Below are positions 35,586 to 45,002 of a DNA stretch of 56,546 bases, piece after piece. The notes beneath the pieces were generated by a model. It saw nothing but the letters and a program-made list of their open reading frames with translations. It was not told the DNA's origin and did not search any database. Positions within the stretch are counted from its first letter, which is position 1, and each line of letters opens with the position of its first letter. The DNA comes from Clostridia bacterium. Lineage in GTDB: Bacteria; Bacillota; Clostridia; Oscillospirales; Acutalibacteraceae. The stretch spans positions 1 to 56,546 of the forward strand of contig JAFOFE010000034.1 in NCBI GenBank assembly GCA_017387475.1. Direction: 5' to 3'. A program made the position numbers and the translations under genes.

Positions 35586-38500
35586 ATGAGAAACTTAAAG
35601 AAATCTTTAAGCCTAATTCTCGCGCTCGCACTTATGGTGTCAAGTGTTTTTGTTGGTGGTCTTACTGCTTCTGCAGCACTCGACCTTTATAGCTCAACAA
35701 TGACATTCGACGAACCCGACGTTCCATACATTAATCATACCGATTGGGACGGTCAAAAAGGAACAAACATAACAGGTCGTTACGGCTGGGACCACTTTGC
35801 TGTATGGAATGCAGAAGTAGCTCAAAGTCCTTTATCTAGCGAACAAGACTATGCCGGTCACTTCGTAAGATCAAAACAAGAAGGACACGACTATGCTGCT
35901 ACCCTTAGCCTTTATAAAGAAGGAACAACCTATCTCGACAGATATAAGGCAAAAGCAAATACTACTTACGAAATTAAGTTTAAGTATTATGTAGAAACTG
36001 CAGCTAATAAGCCTTTCACTGTTCAGGTTCGCCTTGTTAGCGATATGATGTATCGTTGTGGCACAGCCGGAACACTTATGTGTGATGTCGTTACTATCGA
36101 AAATACTACTGATGGTTGGGTATGGGCTTCTGCCAAATTCACAACACCCGATACATTAGTACAACCCGACTTCGCACTTGTTACAACAAACTCTGTTAAG
36201 GGCGAAGAAGTTATATCTCTTTATGTAGACGATATTACTTTAAGTGAATGCGCAGCTGTTACTGCATATAATTTCGATGGCGAAAACGAAAAAGAAGTTT
36301 ACGCTTCCGAATACACAACCCTTGCTGAACTTGAAATTCCTCAGCGTGACGGTTATATTTTAACAGGCTTCTTTGCTGACGAAGAGCTCAACAATAAGCT
36401 TAACGCTTCCGATCTTGCTTTAAACTATATCGATAGTGGCATTTACTATGGTTGGTACAAACTCGCTGCCGGTGAATACTATGCAGGCTTTGAAAATTAT
36501 AAAGCAGACGCAAACGGCGTTCCTTATAATTCTGCTACCACTTCTATTGTTAGTGGTAACACCTATGCAGGTGGCTACAACATTAAGGTAGATGCAAACG
36601 ATAACGCTTTAAATGCTTTCGAACTTCGCGACAGTGAAGCTTTCGAAATTAAAGCGGGCACCAAATACGTTGTTTCCTTCCATTACCGTGCTTCTGCCGA
36701 TGCAAAGCTTTATGTAGGTACTGCATATGCAAGCAATGTTCCTGCAACTGCAACTGCAGTTAAAGCTGCAAACCTTGTTGCTGCTGCCGATTGGACAGCT
36801 GCTTCTGTTGAAGTAACTTTAGATAAGTCTTCTAAAGAAGGCTTCGTTCCTGTATTTATGGTTCAGGCTGCAGATTCTGTAGTTGAATTCGACCATATTT
36901 ATTTAACATACCCCGTTGAAGAAACTCAAAATATTGAAAATGGTTTTGTAACCAATACAAACTGGTATCCTGTTCTTAACTATGCAGAAGATAGTGAAGA
37001 ACCCGAAGAAGAACCGGAAAGTCAAGCAAGCGATGTTTGGAAAGGTGACCGCGTAGCTCCCACAGCAGGCGAAGACGGTATTTACATTATCGATACTGCA
37101 GAAAAGCTCGCTTACATCGTATATAATAGCGGTAAAATGATTATTGGTTCTACCACAACACAACAACCCGTAGTTGGTGAAGATGGTACTCCTGTTCTCG
37201 ATGCAGAGGGCAATCCTACCTATGAAGACGTTACTACTTATGAATACGATACCAACTGCACATTCAAACTTACAAAAGATATTTATCTTAACGACGTAAC
37301 TAAGTACGACTGGATGTCCGGCGTAGCAGCAGGTTCCGGTATCAGAAGCTGGTATGAAGGCAAGTCCTTCAACGGTACCATCGATGGTAACCACCATACA
37401 ATTTATGGTTTATACTTCTGGTATAAATGGAGTCTTTATCATTCCAATAGTGGTGGATATGGCTTCATTCCCGAACTTAAAAATGGCGATAAAGTAACAA
37501 TCAAGAATCTTACAATCGATTATGCTACCGTTAGAGGTGGTACAAATGCCGCAGCATTTGTAGGTGGTGCTAATGCAAGTACTGCTGTTCTCGATTCTTG
37601 TATTGCAGGTGCAAATGTATGGGTTGAGGCGTTCCGTTCTGCAGCATTTGTAGGTGGCGCTAAACAGCCTAAAGCTACTTTAACAAACTGTGCTTCTTTC
37701 GCTACTACTGTTTATCCTGAAGGAAGCAGCAATGCTACTACCGGTCTTGTTAGTGATTATTATGTTAGCAAAACTGTTGTTAAAAACTGCTTTAACGCTA
37801 ATGGTCCTATAGCTACCGGCGCTAGTGGAAGTTTAACTGTTACCAGCAGCTTCGAAACCGTTCCCGGTGGCGAAACCGACGGTGTAACAGTTCTTAAAAA
37901 AGAACAAATGCAGGGCAAAAATGTTCTTAAAGACGGTGGCGCAATGGCAGCTCTTAACGCTACTGCTAATTACTGGACTGCAACCGAAGGCTATCCAGTT
38001 TTAACTGCTTCTCTCGGTAAAGAGGTTATAGTTAAAGAAATTTGGGATAAAACACAACAGGCTCCCGTAGATAAAAACGGCGATGGTGTTTATGAAATTA
38101 ATTCACCAAAAGAACTCGCTTATGTAATTTACAACGGTGGTACTATGACTGTAGATGAAGTGGCAGTTGAAGGCTGCAGCTTCATTCTTACAAGAGATAT
38201 TTATTTAAACGACCTTTCTAAATACGATTGGACTTCTTTCACAAGACTTCCTAAAGGTCAAACCACCCTTAACGAGTGGTATGACACCTCATCATATGGC
38301 GCTGCATTCAGCGGTACTATTGATGGTAATAATCATACAGTTTACGGTTTATACAGCTGCTATGACTGGACCGACACTTATAATGGTTATGGCAAGGGAC
38401 GTGGACTTATCCCTGCCATTGCAAACGGCAAAACAGCAACCGTTAAAAACTTAAATCTCGACTGTTTCTATGTTTCTAACGAAACTATGGGTTCGGGCGC

Positions 38501-41453
38501 ACTTTCTGGTGTTGTTTATGGTACATTAAATGTATCTAACTGTTCTTTCGGTTCTAAAGTTTACGTTAAGGGCTCATACGCAGGTCTTGCGTATGGTTGT
38601 ACCAACGATGCCGATGGCGTTACTATAACAAACTGCTACTCACTTGCAACCACAAATGCTTGGAATGCCGCAAACGCCACAACAATACATAGTGGTATTG
38701 CTACAAACCATTGGATAGAAGGTGGCGGTAAGGTTTTAATTAGCAACTGCTACAATGCAAACGGTGCAATAACCACCGACGTTACCAGCTATGCTACACT
38801 TTCAAACTGTTATGAAACTGCAGAATCTGGCGAATCCGAAGGCGTTGAAACCTTAACTGTTGAAGAAATGAAGGGCGAAAATGCTCTTAAAAACATGAAA
38901 AACCTCAACTCTACCGGCGCATATACACTTACTGTAGATTTAGGTTATCCGGCTCTTATTTCCTTCGTTCCCGAAGATGAAAGATTAGTTATCGAAGAAG
39001 AGGAAGAAGAAACCGAAGAAGAAATCGTTTACGACATTTGGGATGGCGAAACCAAAACAGCTCCTTCTGTTGGTGAAGGTACCGAAGATAAACCTTTCCA
39101 CATTACAAACGGTGCCGAACTTGCTTACATTATTGCAAATGATGGTGGCGCAGGCGTTTACTATCAGTTACAAAATGATATTTATCTAAACGATATTTCA
39201 AAGATTAACTGGCAAACAGGCTCCGTTGCCGATGGTTACACCTTAAGAACCTGGCGCTACGGTGGCAGCACTAAATTCCAGGGCAATGTAGACGGTAACG
39301 GTTATGTTGTACATGGCCTTTATGCTCACGATGCAACTACCGGCCCTGCAACTGCACCTACATATTCTATGGGTCTTTTCTCTACCGTTAAGGGAAATAC
39401 TACAATTAAAAATCTTGGTGTAGATCACGCATTCTTCCATCACGAAGCAACAGCAGGCGCGTTAATTGGTTGTGTTTACGGTACAGATGTTGTTGTAAAC
39501 ATTGAAAACTGCTTTGTTGGCGCAAATGCAAATGCCGAAGCAAATCTTGCAGGTGGCTTTATCGGCTGTGTAGCAGGTGGTGGCTCTGTAGTTATCGATA
39601 AATGCTATTCTCTTGCAACCAGCAAGGGCTTTATCGGAAGTCTTTACTACAACAGCAAACCTAAGGACATCACAATTTCAAATTGCTACTATCCCGGAAA
39701 ATTCTTTACAAATATGAACTATTCCGGCACACGTACAGTTGCAAACTGCTACGAAGGAGTTAAGGGTAGTGCATGCACAGGCGTTACAACCATTACTACT
39801 GCCGACAATATGAAGGGCGAAGACGTTTTAACAAATACTGCTAAAATGGCAGGACTTGGTAAATACTTTAAAGCAAACACTGCAAACTTCGCAACTGTAA
39901 ACTACAATAACTATGTATATCTTCCCGCAGGTACTACAATCGAAGCCGACTTTGCTCCATTATTCTTCGATACACGTATGGCACCTCTTTCTGCCGAAGA
40001 CGTAATGTTTGTAGACAGAATGATTCGCGGCGCTTATGTTAAGTTCCAAAAAGAAGTTGACATTACAAAGATCAATGTTCCTGTTTCTAAAGCGCATCAG
40101 GTAACATTTGGCACTGCTAAAGATTTACTTGCAACAGGTTATTTCGACATTGAAACAACCCTTGTTTCCGAAAACCTTGTAAACCAACCCGATACTGCAG
40201 TTAACTATATCTTCGTTACCGACCCCCACTTCGATACAGGCTCGGCTATCTACAAGCAGAATTCTGCTAAACAGTTCGCACTTGCTATCGAAATGGCAAA
40301 CGAAATGGAAGAAATCGATTTCGTAGTTCTTGGTGGCGACCTTTCAAACGGTGGCTATGGCTCTAGCGAAACTTGGGGTCTTGGTGCTTACAACGATAAG
40401 GGCGATGTTACAACAAATGGTATGGCTCAATATCTTGCAGCAATCAACGATTGCACAAAGCCTGTATTCGTACTCGCAGGTAACCACGACGACAACACCT
40501 ACGGTGAAGTTAAAGACAGCGTAACAGTTGAACAACTTTCCGACAGAGCAATCTCTCCTGATGAATGGAACGAATATATTATTAACAAGTTCGTTAACCG
40601 TACTCTTGCAGACGGAACCGAAATCAAGGTTACACAAGATAAGGATCCTCATAAGGACACTGTTAACTCTAAGTATTATTACTACGATTTAGACGGCAAG
40701 AACACCCGTGTAATCTGCCTCTTCGCTTCCGATTATGAATACACCTACGACGAGAATGGCAATTACAGCCTTATCGTTAAGAATGAAAACGAAGTAAATG
40801 CACGTTCAAAGACATATAACGGTTATAACTTCTGGGGTTACAGCAACTATCAGATGAAGTGGCTTGCTGAAGAAGCACTTGGTAACCTTCCCGAAGATTA
40901 CAACGTAGTGGTATTCTCTCACATGGATATTCTTGGCGAAACCACATCCAGCGGCACCTTCAGAGCATATAAGAACGGTCAGGTATTAAGCGACATCTTA
41001 TCTGCTTACCAGAACAAGACCGCTTATACTAACGAAAGCCTTGGCATTACTTCTAACTTCTCCGATACCGGCAGAATTATGTCCTATCAGTATGGCCACG
41101 AGCATACATCCTACAATGCTTACGATCAGGACGTTTCCGTTTGGAAGATTACTTCTTCTACAACTAACCCACACTCAAAGGGAATTGGTGGAAGAATTAA
41201 TAACGAAGACGCTGCAGCTGTTGAAGCAGTTTCTGTAACCGAAAGCTATGTTTACAAGCAGGTTGTAGGCCACGGCGACACTTCATTCTTAATTAACAAG
41301 TTCCCCGTATATGAAGGCGACGTAACTCTCGATACTACTGTAGATATTTGCGACCTCGTTGCTCTTAATAACTTAAACAACGCAGGACTTGTAACCGGCG
41401 TTATGCCAACAGGCGATATCGCAAAAATGCGCAAAATTATTATTGGCGCATAA
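35586..41453 (+). CDS. Giant (1955 aa) secreted protein: CBM-like x2, Listeria-Bacteroides repeat, 3 GLUG-like beta-helix modules, calcineurin-like metallophosphoesterase, dockerin-like C-terminus
   Basis: Start at MRNLKKSLSLILALALMVSSVFVGGLTASA (GGGAGA RBS). Modules start near 37032, 38040 and 39036, with the same cap motif as the 2868-aa protein. Metallophosphoesterase motifs: VTDPHFD, LGGDLSNG, LAGNHDDN, FSHMD, YGHEH (about 40200-41115). The C-terminus has GDVTLDTTVDICDLVALNNL (about 41314-41453). Confidence 0.85.
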   Translation: MRNLKKSLSLILALALMVSSVFVGGLTASAALDLYSSTMTFDEPDVPYINHTDWDGQKGTNITGRYGWDHFAVWNAEVAQSPLSSEQDYAGHFVRSKQEGHDYAATLSLYKEGTTYLDRYKAKANTTYEIKFKYYVETAANKPFTVQVRLVSDMMYRCGTAGTLMCDVVTIENTTDGWVWASAKFTTPDTLVQPDFALVTTNSVKGEEVISLYVDDITLSECAAVTAYNFDGENEKEVYASEYTTLAELEIPQRDGYILTGFFADEELNNKLNASDLALNYIDSGIYYGWYKLAAGEYYAGFENYKADANGVPYNSATTSIVSGNTYAGGYNIKVDANDNALNAFELRDSEAFEIKAGTKYVVSFHYRASADAKLYVGTAYASNVPATATAVKAANLVAAADWTAASVEVTLDKSSKEGFVPVFMVQAADSVVEFDHIYLTYPVEETQNIENGFVTNTNWYPVLNYAEDSEEPEEEPESQASDVWKGDRVAPTAGEDGIYIIDTAEKLAYIVYNSGKMIIGSTTTQQPVVGEDGTPVLDAEGNPTYEDVTTYEYDTNCTFKLTKDIYLNDVTKYDWMSGVAAGSGIRSWYEGKSFNGTIDGNHHTIYGLYFWYKWSLYHSNSGGYGFIPELKNGDKVTIKNLTIDYATVRGGTNAAAFVGGANASTAVLDSCIAGANVWVEAFRSAAFVGGAKQPKATLTNCASFATTVYPEGSSNATTGLVSDYYVSKTVVKNCFNANGPIATGASGSLTVTSSFETVPGGETDGVTVLKKEQMQGKNVLKDGGAMAALNATANYWTATEGYPVLTASLGKEVIVKEIWDKTQQAPVDKNGDGVYEINSPKELAYVIYNGGTMTVDEVAVEGCSFILTRDIYLNDLSKYDWTSFTRLPKGQTTLNEWYDTSSYGAAFSGTIDGNNHTVYGLYSCYDWTDTYNGYGKGRGLIPAIANGKTATVKNLNLDCFYVSNETMGSGALSGVVYGTLNVSNCSFGSKVYVKGSYAGLAYGCTNDADGVTITNCYSLATTNAWNAANATTIHSGIATNHWIEGGGKVLISNCYNANGAITTDVTSYATLSNCYETAESGESEGVETLTVEEMKGENALKNMKNLNSTGAYTLTVDLGYPALISFVPEDERLVIEEEEEETEEEIVYDIWDGETKTAPSVGEGTEDKPFHITNGAELAYIIANDGGAGVYYQLQNDIYLNDISKINWQTGSVADGYTLRTWRYGGSTKFQGNVDGNGYVVHGLYAHDATTGPATAPTYSMGLFSTVKGNTTIKNLGVDHAFFHHEATAGALIGCVYGTDVVVNIENCFVGANANAEANLAGGFIGCVAGGGSVVIDKCYSLATSKGFIGSLYYNSKPKDITISNCYYPGKFFTNMNYSGTRTVANCYEGVKGSACTGVTTITTADNMKGEDVLTNTAKMAGLGKYFKANTANFATVNYNNYVYLPAGTTIEADFAPLFFDTRMAPLSAEDVMFVDRMIRGAYVKFQKEVDITKINVPVSKAHQVTFGTAKDLLATGYFDIETTLVSENLVNQPDTAVNYIFVTDPHFDTGSAIYKQNSAKQFALAIEMANEMEEIDFVVLGGDLSNGGYGSSETWGLGAYNDKGDVTTNGMAQYLAAINDCTKPVFVLAGNHDDNTYGEVKDSVTVEQLSDRAISPDEWNEYIINKFVNRTLADGTEIKVTQDKDPHKDTVNSKYYYYDLDGKNTRVICLFASDYEYTYDENGNYSLIVKNENEVNARSKTYNGYNFWGYSNYQMKWLAEEALGNLPEDYNVVVFSHMDILGETTSSGTFRAYKNGQVLSDILSAYQNKTAYTNESLGITSNFSDTGRIMSYQYGHEHTSYNAYDQDVSVWKITSSTTNPHSKGIGGRINNEDAAAVEAVSVTESYVYKQVVGHGDTSFLINKFPVYEGDVTLDTTVDICDLVALNNLNNAGLVTGVMPTGDIAKMRKIIIGA

Positions 41454-41465
41454 CTTCTAAAAATT

Positions 41466-41498
41466 AAAAGGATGAACCGAAAGGTTCATCCTTTTTTT
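41466..41498 (+). terminator. Rho-independent terminator after the 1955-aa gene
   Basis: aaaaggatgaacc gaaa ggttcatcctttt plus a T-run. Confidence 0.8.
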
Positions 41499-41571
41499 AT
41501 GTAATGGGGAACAATAGGCTAAAAATTTGTACTTCAAAATAAAAAAGAGAACAACCTGTTGGTTGTTCTCT

Positions 41572-41658
41572 TGGTGCCGCTAATCGGACTTGAACCGATA
41601 CGGTATCGCTACCGAGGGATTTTAAGTCCCTTGTGTCTGCCTATTCCACCACAGCGGC
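41572..41658 (-). tRNA. tRNA-Leu (anticodon UAA), 87 nt, encoded CCA
   Basis: The reverse complement reads GCCGCTGTGGTGGAATAGGCAGACACAAGGGACTTAAAATCCCTCGGTAGCGATACCGTATCGGTTCAAGTCCGATTAGCGGCACCA. Anticodon loop CTTAAAA, long variable arm. A downstream hairpin agagaacaacc tgtt ggttgttctct sits at 41546-41571. Confidence 0.9.
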
Positions 41659-41714
41659 GTGCAATAGAATTTTATTACATTTTAGCTGCTATGTCAAGCA
41701 TTTTTTTATTAATT

Positions 41715-42545
41715 TTATAATTCATCCCATTTTTCTAGGTAACTGTGCTTTTCACCATTATCTTTATCGCGCCAACCAACAATAGAAGCCAAATTTACAT
41801 TGTGAATACTTCTAAATAAATTATCATCTACAGCAGGGTTGACCTTTTTAATCTCTTTAATAAGCGCCTTAATTTCTTTGCGTTTAGATAGTTCTTCGTT
41901 GTGTTCACTTTCGGCAGTAAAACGACAAGCACACTGTAAAAACTTAAGTTCGTTAAAATTTGCCCACGCAATAATATCTTTTTCTTTAACCTTGTAAAGT
42001 GGACGAATAAGCTCCATTCCTTCAAAGTTGGTAGATTTAAGTTTAGGTAGCATTGTCTTAACTTCAGAAGCGTAGGTCATATTTAAAAGCAATGTTTCTA
42101 TCATATCATCAAAATGGTGTCCAAGCGCAATTTTGTTGCAGCCAAGTTCTTTAGCTTTAGAATAAAGGCAACCTCTTCTCATTCTGGCGCATAAATAACA
42201 GGGCGCACCACCTGCATCTGTTACAACGTCAAAAATATTGCTTTCAAATACCGTAATAGGTATGTTCATTATTTCGGCATTATGCTTAATAAGGTCGGCA
42301 TTTTCTTTGTTGTAACCGGGGTTCATAACAAGGAAAACAAGCTCAAAAGGGTATAGGCTGTGTCGGCAAAGCTCCTGCATACATTTAGCCATAAGCATAG
42401 AGTCTTTTCCACCCGAAATACAAACTGCAATTTTGTCGCCTTCTTCAATAAGCTTATACTCGTTAACAGCGCCAACAAAACAGTTCCAAATAGTTTTTCT
42501 GAATTTTTTTATAATACTTCTTTCAATTTCCTTATATCTTTCCAT
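41715..42545 (-). CDS. ttcA: PP-loop ATPase of the TtcA family (tRNA 2-thiocytidine synthetase-like)
   Basis: SGGKDS PP-loop (CISGGKDSM), CYLCARMRRG and LQCACRF Cys pairs, GHHFDD. Confidence 0.8.
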   Translation of the reverse strand: MERYKEIERSIIKKFRKTIWNCFVGAVNEYKLIEEGDKIAVCISGGKDSMLMAKCMQELCRHSLYPFELVFLVMNPGYNKENADLIKHNAEIMNIPITVFESNIFDVVTDAGGAPCYLCARMRRGCLYSKAKELGCNKIALGHHFDDMIETLLLNMTYASEVKTMLPKLKSTNFEGMELIRPLYKVKEKDIIAWANFNELKFLQCACRFTAESEHNEELSKRKEIKALIKEIKKVNPAVDDNLFRSIHNVNLASIVGWRDKDNGEKHSYLEKWDEL

Positions 42546-42671
42546 AACATTCCTAAATCTTGTTTTTTTATTTATTATATTTGTTTAAAGCGTATTTTTC
42601 AAGTAAAATCATACTTGTAAATTTAAAGGTAAAATGGTAACATATATGTATACTAATTCGGGGGTGTAAAT

Positions 42672-44207
42672 TTGGTTTCAAAAATCAAAAGTATAGGTCT
42701 TTTCGGACTCGATTCATATATGATAGAAGTAGAAGCCGATGTAACCAAAGGCCAACAGGCTTTCGATATTGTGGGTTTACCCGACTCTGCTGTAAGAGAA
42801 TCGCGCGATAGAGTGCGTGCAGCAATTAAAAACTGTCAATACAAATATCCTACAGGCCATATAACAGTTAACCTTGCCCCTGCAGATGTTAAAAAAGAAG
42901 GCTCGGCGTACGACCTTCCTGTGCTTTTAGCACTGCTTATTGCAAGTGGACAAATCAATTCTAAAATTAATTTAGATGAATGCTTGTTTATTGGGGAAGT
43001 TTCGCTCGATGGAACCTTAAGGGGCGTTAATGGAATTCTATCAATGGCTATTGGCGCTAAAGAGCAGGGAATAAAGCACTTTTTTGTTCCAAAATCAAAC
43101 GAACTTGAAGGTTCAGTTGTAAACGATATAAATATTTATGGTGTTAATACTATAAGTGAGGTAATTTCTCATATCGAAGGCAAACAGAGCCTTGCACCTG
43201 CACAACCTTACGATATAAGCAGTGTTCAAAATAGTAATCACTTTTTAGATTTTTGCGAAGTCAAGGGTCAAACCGTTGCCAAAAAAGCGCTTGAAATAGC
43301 AGCGGCAGGTGGCCATAACGTGCTGCTTATTGGCAGCCCGGGTGCAGGTAAAAGTATGCTTGCTAAAAGGCTACCCACAATTTTGCCCGAAATGACCTTC
43401 GATGAATCTATAGACACTACTAAAATATATTCTGTGGCAGGGGAACTCGATAGTAAAACACCAATTATTCTTGGTCGACCTTTCCGTAGCCCACACCACA
43501 CCGTTTCTGCGCGTGCAATTTCGGGTGGTGGCGCCATTCCCAAACCGGGCGAAATTTCTTTGGCTCATAACGGAGTTCTGTTTTTAGATGAGCTTCCCGA
43601 ATTTAATCGTGATGTTATGGAATCTTTGCGCCAACCTGTAGAAGATGGTAGGGTAACAATATCTCGTGTGGCAGGTTCGCTTACATATCCCAGCGCATTT
43701 ACGTTGGTTGCTGCAATGAACCCTTGCCCTTGTGGTTTTTATGGTCATCCTACAAGAAAATGCACCTGTTCGCCAAACGCTGTGCGCAAATATTTAAATC
43801 GCATTTCAGGCCCAATGCTCGACCGACTCGATTTACATATTGAAGTTCCACCTGTAGAGTATCAAGCGCTGAAATCAGATAGCAAAGAAGAAACTAGCGC
43901 TAGCGTCAGAGAACGTGTTAACAAGGCAAGAGAAATTCAAAACCAAAGATACAAAGGCACGGGAATTACTTGCAATGCAAGACTGCTTCCGGGTATGCTT
44001 TCAAAGTATTGTGTTTTAACGCCCGACGCCGAAAAAATGCTGTCATCCTCATTCGAAAGGCTAGGTCTTTCGGCAAGAGCATACGACAGAATTTTAAAGG
44101 TTTCACGAACAATAGCAGACCTTGAAGGCAAAGAGTTAATAGAGCTTTCACACGTTGCTCAAGCAATACAATTCAGAAGTTTAGATAGGAAATATTGGGA
44201 GGGGTAA
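42672..44207 (+). CDS. comM: YifB/ComM-family Mg-chelatase-like AAA+ ATPase
   Basis: TTG start. Lon-like N-domain (GLPDSAVRESRDRV), Walker A GSPGAGKSMLAKRL, Walker B LFLDELPEF, C-terminal ChlI_C. Confidence 0.9.
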   Translation: MVSKIKSIGLFGLDSYMIEVEADVTKGQQAFDIVGLPDSAVRESRDRVRAAIKNCQYKYPTGHITVNLAPADVKKEGSAYDLPVLLALLIASGQINSKINLDECLFIGEVSLDGTLRGVNGILSMAIGAKEQGIKHFFVPKSNELEGSVVNDINIYGVNTISEVISHIEGKQSLAPAQPYDISSVQNSNHFLDFCEVKGQTVAKKALEIAAAGGHNVLLIGSPGAGKSMLAKRLPTILPEMTFDESIDTTKIYSVAGELDSKTPIILGRPFRSPHHTVSARAISGGGAIPKPGEISLAHNGVLFLDELPEFNRDVMESLRQPVEDGRVTISRVAGSLTYPSAFTLVAAMNPCPCGFYGHPTRKCTCSPNAVRKYLNRISGPMLDRLDLHIEVPPVEYQALKSDSKEETSASVRERVNKAREIQNQRYKGTGITCNARLLPGMLSKYCVLTPDAEKMLSSSFERLGLSARAYDRILKVSRTIADLEGKELIELSHVAQAIQFRSLDRKYWEG

Positions 44208-44219
44208 CCCTCCCTTTTT
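44197..44219 (+). terminator. Short GC hairpin plus T-run overlapping the comM stop codon
   Basis: gggaggg gtaa ccctccc ttttt. Confidence 0.6.
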
Positions 44220-44222
44220 GCA

Positions 44223-44251
44223 TTGACAAAAAAGATTTATTGTTATATAAT
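44223..44251 (+). promoter_or_regulatory. Consensus SigA-type promoter (TTGACA-N17-TATAAT) for the cps module
   Basis: Hexamers at 44223-44228 and 44246-44251. The spacer was counted as 17. Confidence 0.6.
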
Positions 44252-44285
44252 ATAATTTATAATATTATGTCTATGGGAGTCGGTT

Positions 44286-45002
44286 ATGGAAGAATCAAAA
44301 TCTTTTATCTCACGAACAGTTGACTATGTTTATCTGTCTCGTGTTCTTTTAAATAATTGGTTAGTAATTTTATTAGCAGGCATACTTACTGCAGCTATAG
44401 GTTTTACCTATTCTGTGTATTTTGTTACCCCTGAATATAAGGCAAGTACTACTATGTTAGTAGACCTTCGCAACTCTGTTCACGATGACCTATCTTACGA
44501 ACAGGTAAATGTGGCTGCTAAATATGTAACTACATTGGCATACGTTATGAAGACAAACACTGTGCTAGACCCTGTAATAGAAGAATTAGAGCTCGATGAA
44601 ACAGCATCAAGCCTTGCATCTAAAATTCAGGTATCCACATTAGACGACACACTTCTTATTCGTGTTGGTGTAAAACATTCCGACCCAAAAGTTGCTTTAA
44701 AAATAGTTAAAACAATTGGCAAAATAGCTCCCGATGTTATAAATCAAAAAATCACATCAGGTTATATTACAGAAATAGAATCACCAACCGTTTCGGCAAA
44801 ACCTGTAACACCTAATGTGGCACGCAATACTGTTTTCTTCGGCATTGCCGGCATTTTCCTTGTCGTTGTTATTGTATTTCTAATCAATCTTTTCAACAAC
44901 AGAATCAGATCTGTTGATGAACTTCAAACCACTATTGACTTACCACTTCTTGGTGTTATTCCCACATTAAATACTAAAAAAGGTAAAGGAGCAAAGGCAT
45001 AA
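44286..45002 (+). CDS. cpsC: Wzz/CpsC-type polysaccharide chain-length / tyrosine-kinase modulator
   Basis: Two TM helices flank a periplasmic-type domain. VTPEYKASTTMLV motif near TM1. Confidence 0.85.
   Translation: MEESKSFISRTVDYVYLSRVLLNNWLVILLAGILTAAIGFTYSVYFVTPEYKASTTMLVDLRNSVHDDLSYEQVNVAAKYVTTLAYVMKTNTVLDPVIEELELDETASSLASKIQVSTLDDTLLIRVGVKHSDPKVALKIVKTIGKIAPDVINQKITSGYITEIESPTVSAKPVTPNVARNTVFFGIAGIFLVVVIVFLINLFNNRIRSVDELQTTIDLPLLGVIPTLNTKKGKGAKA

Noticed and set aside
41314-41453. A full type-I dockerin
   Set aside because: Only one convincing 12-residue Ca-binding loop (DVTLDTTVDICD) plus helix is visible. The second repeat is degenerate, so I call it dockerin-like only.
41572-41658. 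tRNA-Leu(UAA) as the integration site of a mobile genomic island carrying the giant genes
   Set aside because: There is no integrase or recombinase and no direct repeat of the tRNA 3' end at the other boundary (21136-21233). By eye there is no compositional difference from the core genes. I keep the block as an accessory locus without claiming recent mobility.
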